Counted from the stretch's first letter, positions 1 through 9,986 are shown. The stretch: 64,000 nucleotides of DNA from Myxococcota bacterium (GCA_965228475.1 OZ245817.1:480001-544000); one strand, 5' to 3'. Notes: generated by a model from the sequence alone, not told the origin. Numbers and translations: made by a program.

Positions 1-1
1 C

Positions 2-466
2 GGCGATGCGGTGCCGCGGCTCGCGCTGCAGCGCCTCGACGGCCAACCCTTCGATCTCGCGAGCCTGCGGGGCCACCGCGTGCTCCTGACCTTCGAGCGC
101 AGCGTCGACTGGTGACCCTATACGAAGGCGCGGCTGGTCGAGCTGCGTGAGGCATTCGCCGAGCACCCGGACGTCCAGATCGTCTGGGTCATGGCCGACA
201 ACCAGATCACCGCGAAGGCGACGAACTACATCGACGGCATGGGCCTGCGCGGCCGTATCCACTTCGTGGTCGACCCGGGGAGCGCGGAGATCGATCGGCT
301 CGGGATCCGCAAGGAAGACCCGGAGCCGATCGAAGCCGGCGTCCCCCACCCGGCGACGTACCTGATCGACCGCCAGGGCACCGTCCGCTTCGTCGACGTG
401 CGCGAGGACTTCCACATCTGGCTGGACCCGGCCGCCGTGATCGAGGCGCTCGCCGCGGCGCCGTAG
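2..466 (+). CDS. Peroxiredoxin-like (AhpC/TSA, thioredoxin fold) protein, probable selenoprotein, 5'-truncated by window edge
   Basis: The frame of ORF 191..466 continues to base 2 with one in-frame TGA at 113-115: GDAVPRLALQRLDGQPFDLASLRGHRVLLTFERSVDW-U-PYTKARLVEL...HPATYLIDRQGTVRF. The TGA sits at the redox position of the W-C-P-x-C motif. Confidence 0.88.
128..148 (+). promoter_or_regulatory. Putative bacterial SECIS hairpin
   Basis: GCGCGGCT-GGTCG-AGCTGCGT forms an 8-bp stem (2 G-U pairs) with a G-first apical loop, starting 12 nt after the in-frame TGA. Confidence 0.7.
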
Positions 467-525
467 GCCGCCCCCGCGCCGAAAACGTCCCATGTCGGTT
501 GCCCGATCCCGGTTAGAATCGGCGC

Positions 526-1704
526 ATGCCCCCCGTCCGTCGATCGCTCGCCGCCGTCTCCCTGTGTCTTCTGGCGCTGGCGGCCTGCGGAGAGCCGGAG
601 CCCGTTCCTCCGCCGCCCCCGAAGATCCCGGTGGTCGCGGTCCTCGAGCGGGATCAGCCGATCAAGCTCGACATGGTGGGCGAGACCCGCGGCTCGGTCG
701 AGATTCCGATCCGCGCCCGCGTGGACGGCGTCCTCGAAGGGATGCACTTCGTCGAAGGCGAAGCGGTCGAGAAGGGAGCGCTCCTCTACACCATCGACCC
801 CCGCCCGTTCCGGGCGAAGGTGGCGGAGATGCAGGGGCGCGTGGCCGAGGCGCAGACGGCCGTTGTGAAGGACCGCAGCCAGCTCGATCGCATCCGTCCG
901 CTCGCGGAGATCCACGCCGTCAGCCAGCAGGATCTCGAAGCCGCGGTGGCCCAGTACGAAGCGGCGCTCGGTGCGCTGAAGGCCGCCGAGGCGCAGCTCG
1001 AGCAGGCGAGGATCCAGCTCGGGTACACGCGGGTCCATGCCCCGGCGGCGGGGCGGCTCGGCATCACGCGGATCCGCGTCGGGGAGTACGTGGGGGCGGG
1101 TTCCGACGCGCTCTTGAACCAGCTCTCCGAGACGGATCCGATCCGGGTGCGTTTCTCCATCGATGAGCGCAACTACCTGCGGCTCGCCCGGGAGTCGGCA
1201 GGAGAGGGGCCCGACCGTTCCGGGGAAGGCCCGGGCCTCGAGCTGTTCCTCACCGATGGCAGCCTGCACGAAGGCCGCGGTCAGCTCGTCGGCACCCAGG
1301 CTTCCATCGACCCTTCGACGGGGACGTTCACCCTCGAGGCCGACTTCCCGAACCCGAACGGGATCCTCGTCGCCGGACAGTTCGCGCGCGTTCGGGCCGT
1401 GATCGAAACGCGGCAGAACGCGCTGCTCGTTCCGGACCGCGCGCTGAGCGAGCTCCAGGGAAGCTACCGGGTGTTCGTCGTCGACGACGACGGCACGGTG
1501 GCGCTTCGCCCGGTGAAGGTCGGCCCTCGGGTGGACCGCCTGCGGATCGTGGAAGAAGGGCTCCGCGCCGGCGAGTCCATTGCGCTCGAGGGGCTCCAGC
1601 TCCTGCGGGAGGGCGCCGTCGTCGTGCCGCAGCCGACCGCCCTCGACGCCTCGGGCAACGTCGTCGAGGCGGCCGCCGCGCCGGCCGGCCCGCCCGGAGC
1701 CTGA
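526..1704 (+). CDS. RND efflux periplasmic adaptor (AcrA/MexA family), lipoprotein
   Basis: Lipobox LAAC; IRARVDG...V.KG.LLY.IDP lipoyl halves, coiled-coil hairpin, GQFARVR. Confidence 0.95.
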   Translation: MPPVRRSLAAVSLCLLALAACGEPEPVPPPPPKIPVVAVLERDQPIKLDMVGETRGSVEIPIRARVDGVLEGMHFVEGEAVEKGALLYTIDPRPFRAKVAEMQGRVAEAQTAVVKDRSQLDRIRPLAEIHAVSQQDLEAAVAQYEAALGALKAAEAQLEQARIQLGYTRVHAPAAGRLGITRIRVGEYVGAGSDALLNQLSETDPIRVRFSIDERNYLRLARESAGEGPDRSGEGPGLELFLTDGSLHEGRGQLVGTQASIDPSTGTFTLEADFPNPNGILVAGQFARVRAVIETRQNALLVPDRALSELQGSYRVFVVDDDGTVALRPVKVGPRVDRLRIVEEGLRAGESIALEGLQLLREGAVVVPQPTALDASGNVVEAAAAPAGPPGA

Positions 1705-1707
1705 CGG

Positions 1708-4700
1708 TTGGCGGAGTTCTTCGTCCGGCGGCCGATCGTCGCGATCGTGCTCGCCATCGTCATCATCATCGTCGGCGTGGTGGCGCTCACCGGGCTGCCC
1801 GTCGCCCAGTATCCCGAGATCACGCCCCCCGTGGTCAACGTGAGCGCGCGCTACACCGGGGCGAACGCGGTGGCCGTCGAGCAATCCGTGGCGACGCCCA
1901 TCGAGCAGCGGATGAACGGCGTCGAGGGCATGCTCTACATGCGCTCGGCCAACTCGAGCGACGGGCAGATGAGCCTGGACGTCTCCTTCGAGGTCGGCAC
2001 GGACCTCGACCTCGCCAACGTCCTGGCCCAGAACCGCGTCGCCGAGGCGCAGGCCGGCCTGCCTTCGGAGGTGAAGCAGCAGGGCGTCGCGGTCAAGAAG
2101 AAGCTCGCCTTCCCGCTGCTGCTCGTCTCGATCGTCTCGCCCGGCGGGACCTACGACCAGAGCTTCCTCGCGAACTACGCCACGCTGAACGTCATCGACG
2201 AGATCGCGCGCATCCGCGGCGTCGGGCAGGCGCAGGTGCTCGCCGGGAGCACCAACGACTACGCCATGCGCGTCTGGGTCGAACCCGATCACCTCGCCAA
2301 GCTGAACCTGACGGTGCCGGACATCATCAACGCGATCCGCGCCCAGAACGTGCTGGTTCCCGCCGGCCAGATCGGCGGCCCCCCGGCGCCCGCGGGCACG
2401 GACTTCACCTACACCGTGAACACCGCGGGGCGCTTCGAGACGCCCGAAGAGTTCGGCGCCGTGGTCATCCGCTCGAACCCCGACGGCTCCCAGGTCCTGC
2501 TGAAGGACGTCGCGAAGATCGAGCTCGGCACCCAGAACTACGTGCTGCGCATGCGGCTCGATGGCCAGCCGACCGCGATCCTGCAGATCTTCCAGCTTCC
2601 GGACGCGAACGGGCTCGAGGTGGCGACGAAGGTCCGCGCCACCCTCGAGCGCCTGTCCGAGCGCTTCCCCGAGGACGTCGAGTACGTGGTCTCGCTCGAC
2701 ACGACCCGGCCCATCTCGGCCGGCATTCGCGAGATCATCATCACGCTCTTCCAGGCGGTCGGGCTCGTGATCCTGGTGGTCTACGTGTTCCTCCAGAACG
2801 CGCGCTCGACGCTGATCCCGACCCTCACCGTTCCCGTCTCGCTGATCGGAACGTTCGCGGCCTTCCCGCTGCTCGGGTTCTCGATCAACACGCTCTCCCT
2901 GCTCGGGCTCGTGCTCGCGATCGGGATCGTCGTGGACGATGCGATCGTCGTCGTCGAGTCCGTCGCGGCGAAGATGGAGGAAGGGCTCTCAGCGCGGGAG
3001 GCCACGATCGCTTCGATGCGCGAGGTCTCCGGCCCGATCGTCGCCACCTCGCTCTCGCTGATGGCGGTCTTCGTTCCCGTCGCCGCCATGGGCGGGATCA
3101 CCGGGCGCCTCTACCAGCAGTTCGCGATCACGATCGCGATCTCCGTGGCGATCTCGTCGCTGAATGCCTTGACCCTGAGCCCCGCGCTCGCGGCCGTCCT
3201 GTTGAAACGCGGCGGCGGGCAGGGGCAGAACCGTTTCTTCCGCGGCTTCAACCGCGGCCTCGATGCGATCACCGCCCGCTTCATGACGTTCGCGGAGTTC
3301 CTGGCCCTCCGCCCCGCACGCGCCGGCCTGCTCCTCCTGGCGATGGTGGCGGCGGTCGGCCTGCTGTTCGTCACCGTCCCCGGCGGTTTCGTCCCGGAGG
3401 AGGATCAGGGGTACGTCATGGCGACGGCCCTCCTGCCCGATGCCGCCTCCCTCGAGCGGTCGGACGCCGTCCTCCGCGAAGTGGAAGCGATCGTCGCGGG
3501 CTTCGACGCCGTCGAGAACTCCACCGCGGTCGCCGGCTTCAGCATGCTCTCGGGAACGATGCAGTCGAACGCGCTGTTCGTCTTCATCCAGCTGAAGGAG
3601 TGGTCGGAACGGCCCGACCCCGAGGATCACGCCCGCAACGTGATCCGGCGATTGAACGGCGCGCTCTCCCGGATTCAGGGCGCCCGGGCCTTCGCCTTCG
3701 GGCCGCCGCCCATTCCGGGCCTCGGAACGGGCGCCGGTTTCTCGATGATGCTCCAGGATCGCAGCGGCGGGCCGCCGACCTACCTGGCCGAGCAGGTCCA
3801 GGCCTTCACCCTCGCGGCGAACGCCCGACCGGAGATCCAGGGCGCCTACAGCCTCTACCGGGCGAACACGCCCCAGATCTTCCTCGACATCGACCAGGCC
3901 AAGGCCCTGAAGCTCGGCATCCCCCTCGACCAGGTGCACACGACGCTCGGCGCGTTCCTCGGCGGCGCGTACGTCAACGACTTCAACCGCTTCGGACGCC
4001 TCTACAAGGTCTTCGTGCAGGCGGAGCCGGCCTACCGCACGGACCCGGAGGCCACGCGCTACTTCTTCGTCCGGAACGCGGACGGCGAGATGGTTCCGCT
4101 CTCGACGCTCGTGACGAGCCGCCGAAGCACCGGCCCCGAGTACACCAACCGCTTCAACCTCTTCCGCGCCGCGGAGTTCTCCGGCCAGGCCGCGCCGGGC
4201 TTCAGCTCGGCCCAGGCCCTCGACGCCCTCGAGGAGGTCGCCGCAGAGACGCTTCCCCAGGACATGTCCTTCGCCTGGAACGGAACGTCCTACCAGGAGA
4301 AGGAAGCGTCGGGCAGCGGCACCGTGGTCTTCGCCATGGCGATCCTGTTCGTGTTCCTGATCCTCGCCGCCCAGTACGAGAGCTGGTCGCTGCCGTTCTC
4401 GGTGCTGCTCGGCACGCCGATCGCGGTGCTCGGCGCGATCGGCTCGCTCTGGCTCGCCCGGCTCTTCTCCGAGAGCTACGAGAACAACGTCTTCGCGCAG
4501 ATCGGCCTCGTGATGTTGATCGGCCTCGCCGCGAAGAACGCGATCCTGATCGTCGAGTTCGCCCGGGCGGAGCGCGAAGCCGGCAAGAGCCTGACGGAGG
4601 CGGCGCTCGAAGCGGCGCGGCAGCGCTTCCGGCCGATCCTCATGACGGCCTTCTCCTTCATCCTCGGCGTGCTGCCGCTGCTCATCGCGACGGGCGCCGG

Positions 4701-4857
4701 CGCCGAGGCCCGCAAGGTGATGGGCATGACCGTGTTCGGCGGCATGGTCGTCGCGACCGTCATCGGCGTGCTGTTCGTGCCGGCGCTGTTCGTACTCGTG
4801 GGACGGATCAGTGAGCGCAACGCGGGCGAACCGGAGGAGCCCCGTGTCGGCCCGTAG
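1708..4857 (+). CDS. RND efflux permease (AcrB/HAE1 family)
   Basis: 1049 aa; FFVRRPIVA start, AQYPEITPP, IGIVVDDAIVVVE, GLAAKNAILIVEFA, RFRPILMT. Confidence 0.97.
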   Translation: MAEFFVRRPIVAIVLAIVIIIVGVVALTGLPVAQYPEITPPVVNVSARYTGANAVAVEQSVATPIEQRMNGVEGMLYMRSANSSDGQMSLDVSFEVGTDLDLANVLAQNRVAEAQAGLPSEVKQQGVAVKKKLAFPLLLVSIVSPGGTYDQSFLANYATLNVIDEIARIRGVGQAQVLAGSTNDYAMRVWVEPDHLAKLNLTVPDIINAIRAQNVLVPAGQIGGPPAPAGTDFTYTVNTAGRFETPEEFGAVVIRSNPDGSQVLLKDVAKIELGTQNYVLRMRLDGQPTAILQIFQLPDANGLEVATKVRATLERLSERFPEDVEYVVSLDTTRPISAGIREIIITLFQAVGLVILVVYVFLQNARSTLIPTLTVPVSLIGTFAAFPLLGFSINTLSLLGLVLAIGIVVDDAIVVVESVAAKMEEGLSAREATIASMREVSGPIVATSLSLMAVFVPVAAMGGITGRLYQQFAITIAISVAISSLNALTLSPALAAVLLKRGGGQGQNRFFRGFNRGLDAITARFMTFAEFLALRPARAGLLLLAMVAAVGLLFVTVPGGFVPEEDQGYVMATALLPDAASLERSDAVLREVEAIVAGFDAVENSTAVAGFSMLSGTMQSNALFVFIQLKEWSERPDPEDHARNVIRRLNGALSRIQGARAFAFGPPPIPGLGTGAGFSMMLQDRSGGPPTYLAEQVQAFTLAANARPEIQGAYSLYRANTPQIFLDIDQAKALKLGIPLDQVHTTLGAFLGGAYVNDFNRFGRLYKVFVQAEPAYRTDPEATRYFFVRNADGEMVPLSTLVTSRRSTGPEYTNRFNLFRAAEFSGQAAPGFSSAQALDALEEVAAETLPQDMSFAWNGTSYQEKEASGSGTVVFAMAILFVFLILAAQYESWSLPFSVLLGTPIAVLGAIGSLWLARLFSESYENNVFAQIGLVMLIGLAAKNAILIVEFARAEREAGKSLTEAALEAARQRFRPILMTAFSFILGVLPLLIATGAGAEARKVMGMTVFGGMVVATVIGVLFVPALFVLVGRISERNAGEPEEPRVGP

Positions 4858-6223
4858 CGTCCTCCCGCTGCTCGCGCTGCTCACGTTCGGCTGTGCGCTG
4901 ACGCCGGACTACGAACGGCCCGAGCTCGACCTTCCGCAGGCGTGGCTGGACGGGTCGCCCGCGGGCGACTCCGTCGCGAACCTGCCGTGGTGGGACCTCT
5001 TCGGCGATCCGCGGCTTCGGGAGCTGACGGAGATCGCCCTGGCCGAGAATAAGGATCTCGCCGTCGCGCTCGGGAGGATCGCCGAGCAGCGCGCCCAGGT
5101 GACGGCGACGCGCGCGAACCAGTTCCCTTTCATCGACCTCATGGGAGGTGCGGGCCGCGGCCGATCGAGCCAGCAGGTGAGCCCCGGCGCCGCGACCCGG
5201 GACAGCTTCGACTTCTCCGCGGGGCTCTCCTTCGACCTCGACGTCTGGCGCAAGTTCGATCGCGCCACCGAGGCCTCCCGCGCGGATCTCCTCGCGACCG
5301 AGGCCGCCTATCGCGACGTGACCATCAGCCTCGTCGCGAGCGTCGCGACCACGTACTTCTCGCTGCGCGATCTCGATCGGCGTCTGGCCATCTCCGAACG
5401 CACCGTCGAGGGGCGCCGCGAGAGCCTCGAGATCGTCGACGCACGCTTCCAGCGCGGCCTCGAAGCCCAGCTCGACGTGAACCAGGCCGAGGTCCAGCTC
5501 GCGATCGCCGAGGCCGCCGTCGCGAGCTTCGACCGCGCGGTCGCGCAGACGCAGAACGCCCTGCGGCTGCTGCTGGGCCGGAACCCGGGAACCATCGAGC
5601 GAGGCATGGGCCTCTCGGAGCAGCTCCTCCTTCCCGAGGTGCCGGCCGGCCTGCCCTACGAACTGCTCCAGCGCCGGCCGGACGTGGTCGAGGCCGAAGA
5701 GCGCCTGATCGCCGAGACGGCGCGCATCGGCGTCGCCGAGGCCAACCGCTACCCGTCGTTCCGGCTGACGGCGAGCTTCGGGACGGCGAGCACCACACTT
5801 TCGCAGCTCGGCTTCAACGAGGCCAAGGCGTGGAGTCTCGCGAGCGCCGTGCTGGCCCCCGTCTTCAACAGCGGGAAGCTGAAGGCGCTCGCCAAGGCCC
5901 AGCGCGCCAAGGCCGACCAGGCCGCGCGGCGCTACGAGGCCACCTTGCTCACGGCGTTCCGCGAGGTCGAGGACGCGCTCGTCGGCGTGCGGACGTTCCG
6001 CGCCGAACACGGCGCACGCTTGCGGCAGGTCGAGGCGGCGCGCAAGGCGGCGACGCTCTCCCGCGCCCGCTACGACGGCGGCGTCGTGAGCTATCTCGAG
6101 GTTCTCGATTCGGACCGCACGCTGTTCGAGGCCGAACTCCAGGAATCGCTCACCCAGCAACAGGCGCTCGCCGCGGTGGTCGAGCTCTACCGGGCGCTCG
6201 GCGGCGGCTGGACGACGCCCTAG
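4844..6223 (+). CDS. Outer membrane efflux lipoprotein (OprM/NodT family)
   Basis: GTG start after GGAGGAG; GCALTPDYERP lipoprotein N-terminus, LLQRRPDV, ELYRALGGGW C-terminus. Confidence 0.95.
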   Translation: MSARSVLPLLALLTFGCALTPDYERPELDLPQAWLDGSPAGDSVANLPWWDLFGDPRLRELTEIALAENKDLAVALGRIAEQRAQVTATRANQFPFIDLMGGAGRGRSSQQVSPGAATRDSFDFSAGLSFDLDVWRKFDRATEASRADLLATEAAYRDVTISLVASVATTYFSLRDLDRRLAISERTVEGRRESLEIVDARFQRGLEAQLDVNQAEVQLAIAEAAVASFDRAVAQTQNALRLLLGRNPGTIERGMGLSEQLLLPEVPAGLPYELLQRRPDVVEAEERLIAETARIGVAEANRYPSFRLTASFGTASTTLSQLGFNEAKAWSLASAVLAPVFNSGKLKALAKAQRAKADQAARRYEATLLTAFREVEDALVGVRTFRAEHGARLRQVEAARKAATLSRARYDGGVVSYLEVLDSDRTLFEAELQESLTQQQALAAVVELYRALGGGWTTP

Positions 6224-6248
6224 AGTCAGGAGGAGAGAGGAGGTGCCC

Positions 6249-6782
6249 ATGGATCCGTCTCTCTACGAGCACGTCCGCAGCGCGGTGGGGGAGGTCTCGG
6301 GCCGGGCGAGTCCGGTGCCCGAAGGGGAGCTGCTGACCGACGTCGCCTCGGGGATCGCCACCTTCACGCGCGGCGTGTCCGAACTCCTGCACTGGTGCCG
6401 CCTCAACGAGAACATGATCCTCGACCAGCCGCTCTCCGATGCGAAGGTCTACGTCGGCTTCGAGCAGGTCTCTCGTACACGCGGCGTCGCCGCCCGCTAC
6501 GGCCGCATCTGCGAAGTGGCGGCGGAGGTGCACGTCTTCGGCGAGCCGGACGCGCAGGCGGCCTTCACGCCGACGTCGTTCCGGGCCGTCCACTCCGGGC
6601 CGCTGCTTCGCGAGTGGTTCCTCGTCATCGCGAGCGAGGGCTACAAGGCGCTGCTCTCGGCCGTGGAGCTCGGGCAGGGGCCGGCCAGCCGCGTCGGCAG
6701 CCGCAAGCTCGACGGCATCCTCTGCTACCACCCGAGGGTGGTCGAGAGCGCGTGCGAGCTGCTCGCGGAGATCGCGAGCTAG
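6249..6782 (+). CDS. Stand-alone DICT sensory domain protein
   Basis: GFEQVSR...RYGRI...VHVFG...LLREWFLVI pattern typical of DICT; strong RBS (AGGAGG). Confidence 0.7.
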   Translation: MDPSLYEHVRSAVGEVSGRASPVPEGELLTDVASGIATFTRGVSELLHWCRLNENMILDQPLSDAKVYVGFEQVSRTRGVAARYGRICEVAAEVHVFGEPDAQAAFTPTSFRAVHSGPLLREWFLVIASEGYKALLSAVELGQGPASRVGSRKLDGILCYHPRVVESACELLAEIAS

Positions 6783-6859
6783 CGGGGCCGCGGCCTCGTC
6801 CGGCGCCTCTGGCAGGCCCATTCGCCCCCCGCCCGGCACGGTTGCTAGCTTCCCGGCAC

Positions 6860-6936
6860 GCCCCGGTAGCTCAGCTGGATAGAGCAGCTGCCTTCTAAGC
6901 AGCGGGTCGCAGGTTCGAGCCCTGCCCGGGGCGCCA
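6860..6936 (+). tRNA. tRNA-Arg(TCT)
   Basis: Acceptor GCCCCGG/CCGGGGC, D-arm TAGCTCAGCTGGATAGAGC, anticodon arm GCTGC-CTTCTAA-GCAGC, GGTTCGAG T-loop, encoded CCA; 77 nt. Confidence 0.98.
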
Positions 6937-7020
6937 GTCCCCGCGAAGTGAGGCGAAACTGGAGGTCGATGTGCCGATCCCCGAAGCGCTTCGCGGCTCG
7001 ATCCTTCTTCGTGTCACGGG

Positions 7021-7746
7021 TTGAGCCGACCCCCGATTCTCGCTACCGCACCGGCAGGGGGCCGCTGCCGGTTGACGTCGGATGACTCGGGATCCATCGC
7101 GCTGAACGCCGCATCGCTGTCGTACGCCCATGCTCCGGGTGGCCCGGCGCTCTTGACCTTTCCGGACGTCACGATCGGCCGGGGCGAGACCTGTGCGGTG
7201 GTGGGGCCGTCCGGGAGCGGCAAGACGACGCTGCTGCACCTGGTCGCGGGGCTGCTCACGCCTCGGGCCGGCTCGATCCACGTCGCAGGCCAGCGGATGG
7301 ACACGGCCTCCCAGCGCGAACGGGACCGCCTGCGAGGGCGGCTGATCGGCATCGTCCTGCAGCAGCTGCGACTGGTCGCCTCACTCAGCGCGCTCGACAA
7401 CCTGCTGCTCGCCCAAAGCCTGGCGGGGCATCCAGCGGACCGCGAGGCCGCTGTGGAGAAACTGGTCGGGCTGGGGCTCGGGCATCGCCTTCATCATCGG
7501 CCGCGGGAGCTCAGCCAGGGCGAGGCCCAGCGCGTGGCCATCGCGCGCGCGACGCTCGGGCGGCCGGCACTGCTGCTCGCCGACGAGCCGACGTCGAGCC
7601 TGGATGACGCCAACGCGGAGATCGTGCTGCAGCTGCTCACGGAGCAGGCGGTGGAACACGGTGCGGCGCTGCTCGTCGTGACCCACGATGCGCGCATCCG
7701 CGGCCGGCTGGGGCAGGAAGTCGAGCTCGAGCGGGTGGCCGCATGA
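7021..7746 (+). CDS. ABC transporter ATP-binding protein (LolD/MacB type); start uncertain, possibly near 7072
   Basis: Walker A GPSGSGKT, signature LSQGEAQR, Walker B LLADEPT, VTHD. Confidence 0.92.
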   Translation: MSRPPILATAPAGGRCRLTSDDSGSIALNAASLSYAHAPGGPALLTFPDVTIGRGETCAVVGPSGSGKTTLLHLVAGLLTPRAGSIHVAGQRMDTASQRERDRLRGRLIGIVLQQLRLVASLSALDNLLLAQSLAGHPADREAAVEKLVGLGLGHRLHHRPRELSQGEAQRVAIARATLGRPALLLADEPTSSLDDANAEIVLQLLTEQAVEHGAALLVVTHDARIRGRLGQEVELERVAA

Positions 7747-9014
7747 GCCTCGTTCGGCTTGCATGGGCCAATCTGCGCGCCGCGCCCCTGACCAGTGCCC
7801 TGAACGTCGGGCTTCTGGCGCTTGGAACCGCGACCATCGTCGTGCTCTTGCTGCTGTCGCACCAGATCGGCGAGACGTTGACGCGCGACGCCCGGGGGAT
7901 CGACCTGGTGCTCGGCGCCAAGGGCAGCCCCGTGCAGCTGGTGCTCTCGACCGTCTACCACGCCGACGTCCCGACCGGGAACATCCCCCTGGCCGAGGCC
8001 GAGCGCTGGGCCGAAGATCGGCGCGTCGCCCAGGCCATTCCCATGTCCCTGGGCGACAGCGCGCGCGGGTTCCGCATCGTCGGCACGACGCCCGACTACC
8101 CGGCCTTGTACGATGCCGGCCTCGCGGAGGGGAGGCTCTGGGGGGCCAGCCTGGAGGCGGTGCTGGGCGCCGAGGTGGCGCTGGCCACGGGCCTCGGGCC
8201 CGGCGACGTGCTGACCGGGTCGCACGGAATGAGTGGGATGGGTGACCACCACGCCGAATCGCCCTACCGCATCGTCGGGATCCTCGCGCCGACGGGCGCC
8301 GTCGTGGACCGGTTGATCCTGACCGGTCTCGAGAGCGTCTGGGACATCCACTCCGACGGGCATGCTCACGAAGAGGAGGGGGAGCATGAACACGAAGGCG
8401 AGGGCGAGCATGCTCACGCCGACGAGCATGCTCACGGCCACGGCGAAACGCCCGACACCGACGAAGGCCGCGAGATCACCGCGATGCTCTTCCGATACGC
8501 CTCACCGGTCGCTGCGGTCAGCCTGCCGCGCCAGATCAACACCCAATCCGATCTGCAGGCGGCGGCTCCGGCCTTCGAGCTCACGCGGTTGCTTCGGATC
8601 GTCGGCCTCGGGCTGGACGGCCTGCGGGCGTTCGCCGGGGTGCTGATCGCATCCGCGGCGTTCAGCGTGTTCGGCGCGATGTACGGCGCGTTGCAGACCC
8701 GTCGCGGCGAGCTGGCCATGATGCGTTGCCTCGGCGCGACCCGCGAGAAGCTCATGGCCAGCTTGCTGATCGAGGGGCTGCTCCTGGGGCTGGCGGGTGC
8801 ATTGCTCGGTCTGGCGCTGGGTCACCTGACGCTCGAAGCGCTCGGTGCGGTGCTCGCCGATGGGGGCGCGCTCCCGCTCACGGGTCGGATCCTGCTCCCG
8901 GAAGAGCTGGCGCTGGCCGCGGCGCTCGTGCTCGTCGCGCTGCTCGCCGCCGCGCTGCCGGCCTGGCAGGCGTATCGCACCGATGTCTCCCGCGCGCTGG
9001 CGACTCACGGATGA
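7743..9014 (+). CDS. FtsX/MacB-type ABC permease with His/Glu-rich periplasmic insert
   Basis: IDLVLGAKGSP.QLVL..VYH motif; HAHEEEGEHEHEGEGEHAHADEHAHGHG insert; C-terminal TM helices; ATGA overlap with ATPase. Confidence 0.9.
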   Translation: MSLVRLAWANLRAAPLTSALNVGLLALGTATIVVLLLLSHQIGETLTRDARGIDLVLGAKGSPVQLVLSTVYHADVPTGNIPLAEAERWAEDRRVAQAIPMSLGDSARGFRIVGTTPDYPALYDAGLAEGRLWGASLEAVLGAEVALATGLGPGDVLTGSHGMSGMGDHHAESPYRIVGILAPTGAVVDRLILTGLESVWDIHSDGHAHEEEGEHEHEGEGEHAHADEHAHGHGETPDTDEGREITAMLFRYASPVAAVSLPRQINTQSDLQAAAPAFELTRLLRIVGLGLDGLRAFAGVLIASAAFSVFGAMYGALQTRRGELAMMRCLGATREKLMASLLIEGLLLGLAGALLGLALGHLTLEALGAVLADGGALPLTGRILLPEELALAAALVLVALLAAALPAWQAYRTDVSRALATHG

Positions 9015-9958
9015 CCGGGCCGACGCGCCACGACCGAGCCCGAAAGGTGGTGTTCGTTCTCGTCGCCGCCCTCGCCGTCACGTCCTGCGGCGACGGGGGC
9101 GAGGCCGTGCCCAGCGAGCCCGCACCCTCCGGCGTCGCGGACCGGCCCTCGAGCCCGGCTGCGCCCCCGCCCTCGCTTCGGGCGGAGGGCGTGAGGATCG
9201 CTTCCGAAGCGGTCGACTTCAAAGATGCTCTCCGTCCCCTGCGCCTGGCGATGGGTTCGAGGACCTCCTACGAGGGCCCCGATGGCAGGCTGGTCCTGGA
9301 CGTCCTGGAAGGCGACTTCGTTCGCGCGACGCTCCTGATCCTCGACGCGAAGGACCGCCCCGTACGCGGCCTGCGTCCGAAGATCACGCCCGAGGGAGAC
9401 AGCCGCGTCATCGACGCCCCCCCGTTCTCGGACGAGTTGGGCCAGTACCGATTCGCGCTCATGGGCGGCACGATGGGCGAGGAGGAGGTCCAGATCTCGG
9501 CCGGCGATGCCGTCGGGTCGTTGATCCTGAACGTCATCAGCCAGCGCGCGGCCGGCTACGGCTGGCTCGCGGACATCGAGGGCATCCTCGGCTGGGATCT
9601 CCTTCTCGAGGCCGAGGTCGTCTGGGGCGAGGAAGAGCTCACCTCGAAGTTCCCGGAGGCGATTCGGGCGAAGGACGGGCAGACGGTGAAGCTCGCCGGG
9701 TTCTTGATGCCCCTCGAGGCGGCGCGCATGCAGCGCCACTTCGTCCTGACCTCGAACCCCCCGAGCTGCTTCTTCCACGTACCCGGTGGGCCGGCGGGTG
9801 CCATCGAGGTCTTCGCGAAGGAGCCGATCGAGGCAGGGTGGGACCCGATCCTGCTGGAGGGGCGTTTCGAGGCGGTCCCGGCGAGCGAAGACGGCGTGGT
9901 CTACCGCCTGCACGAAGCGCGCGCGCTTCCGCTGGAGCCTCCCGAGCCGGCTTCCTGA
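9011..9958 (+). CDS. Lipoprotein with Ig-like middle region and C-terminal DUF3299 domain
   Basis: ATG at 9011 overlaps permease stop; lipobox VTSC; DGQTVKLAGFLMPL...FVL...PPSCFFHVPGGP is DUF3299-like. Confidence 0.8.
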   Translation: MTGPTRHDRARKVVFVLVAALAVTSCGDGGEAVPSEPAPSGVADRPSSPAAPPPSLRAEGVRIASEAVDFKDALRPLRLAMGSRTSYEGPDGRLVLDVLEGDFVRATLLILDAKDRPVRGLRPKITPEGDSRVIDAPPFSDELGQYRFALMGGTMGEEEVQISAGDAVGSLILNVISQRAAGYGWLADIEGILGWDLLLEAEVVWGEEELTSKFPEAIRAKDGQTVKLAGFLMPLEAARMQRHFVLTSNPPSCFFHVPGGPAGAIEVFAKEPIEAGWDPILLEGRFEAVPASEDGVVYRLHEARALPLEPPEPAS

Positions 9959-9986
9959 ACTTCGTCGGGCGCGACGCCCAGCGGGA

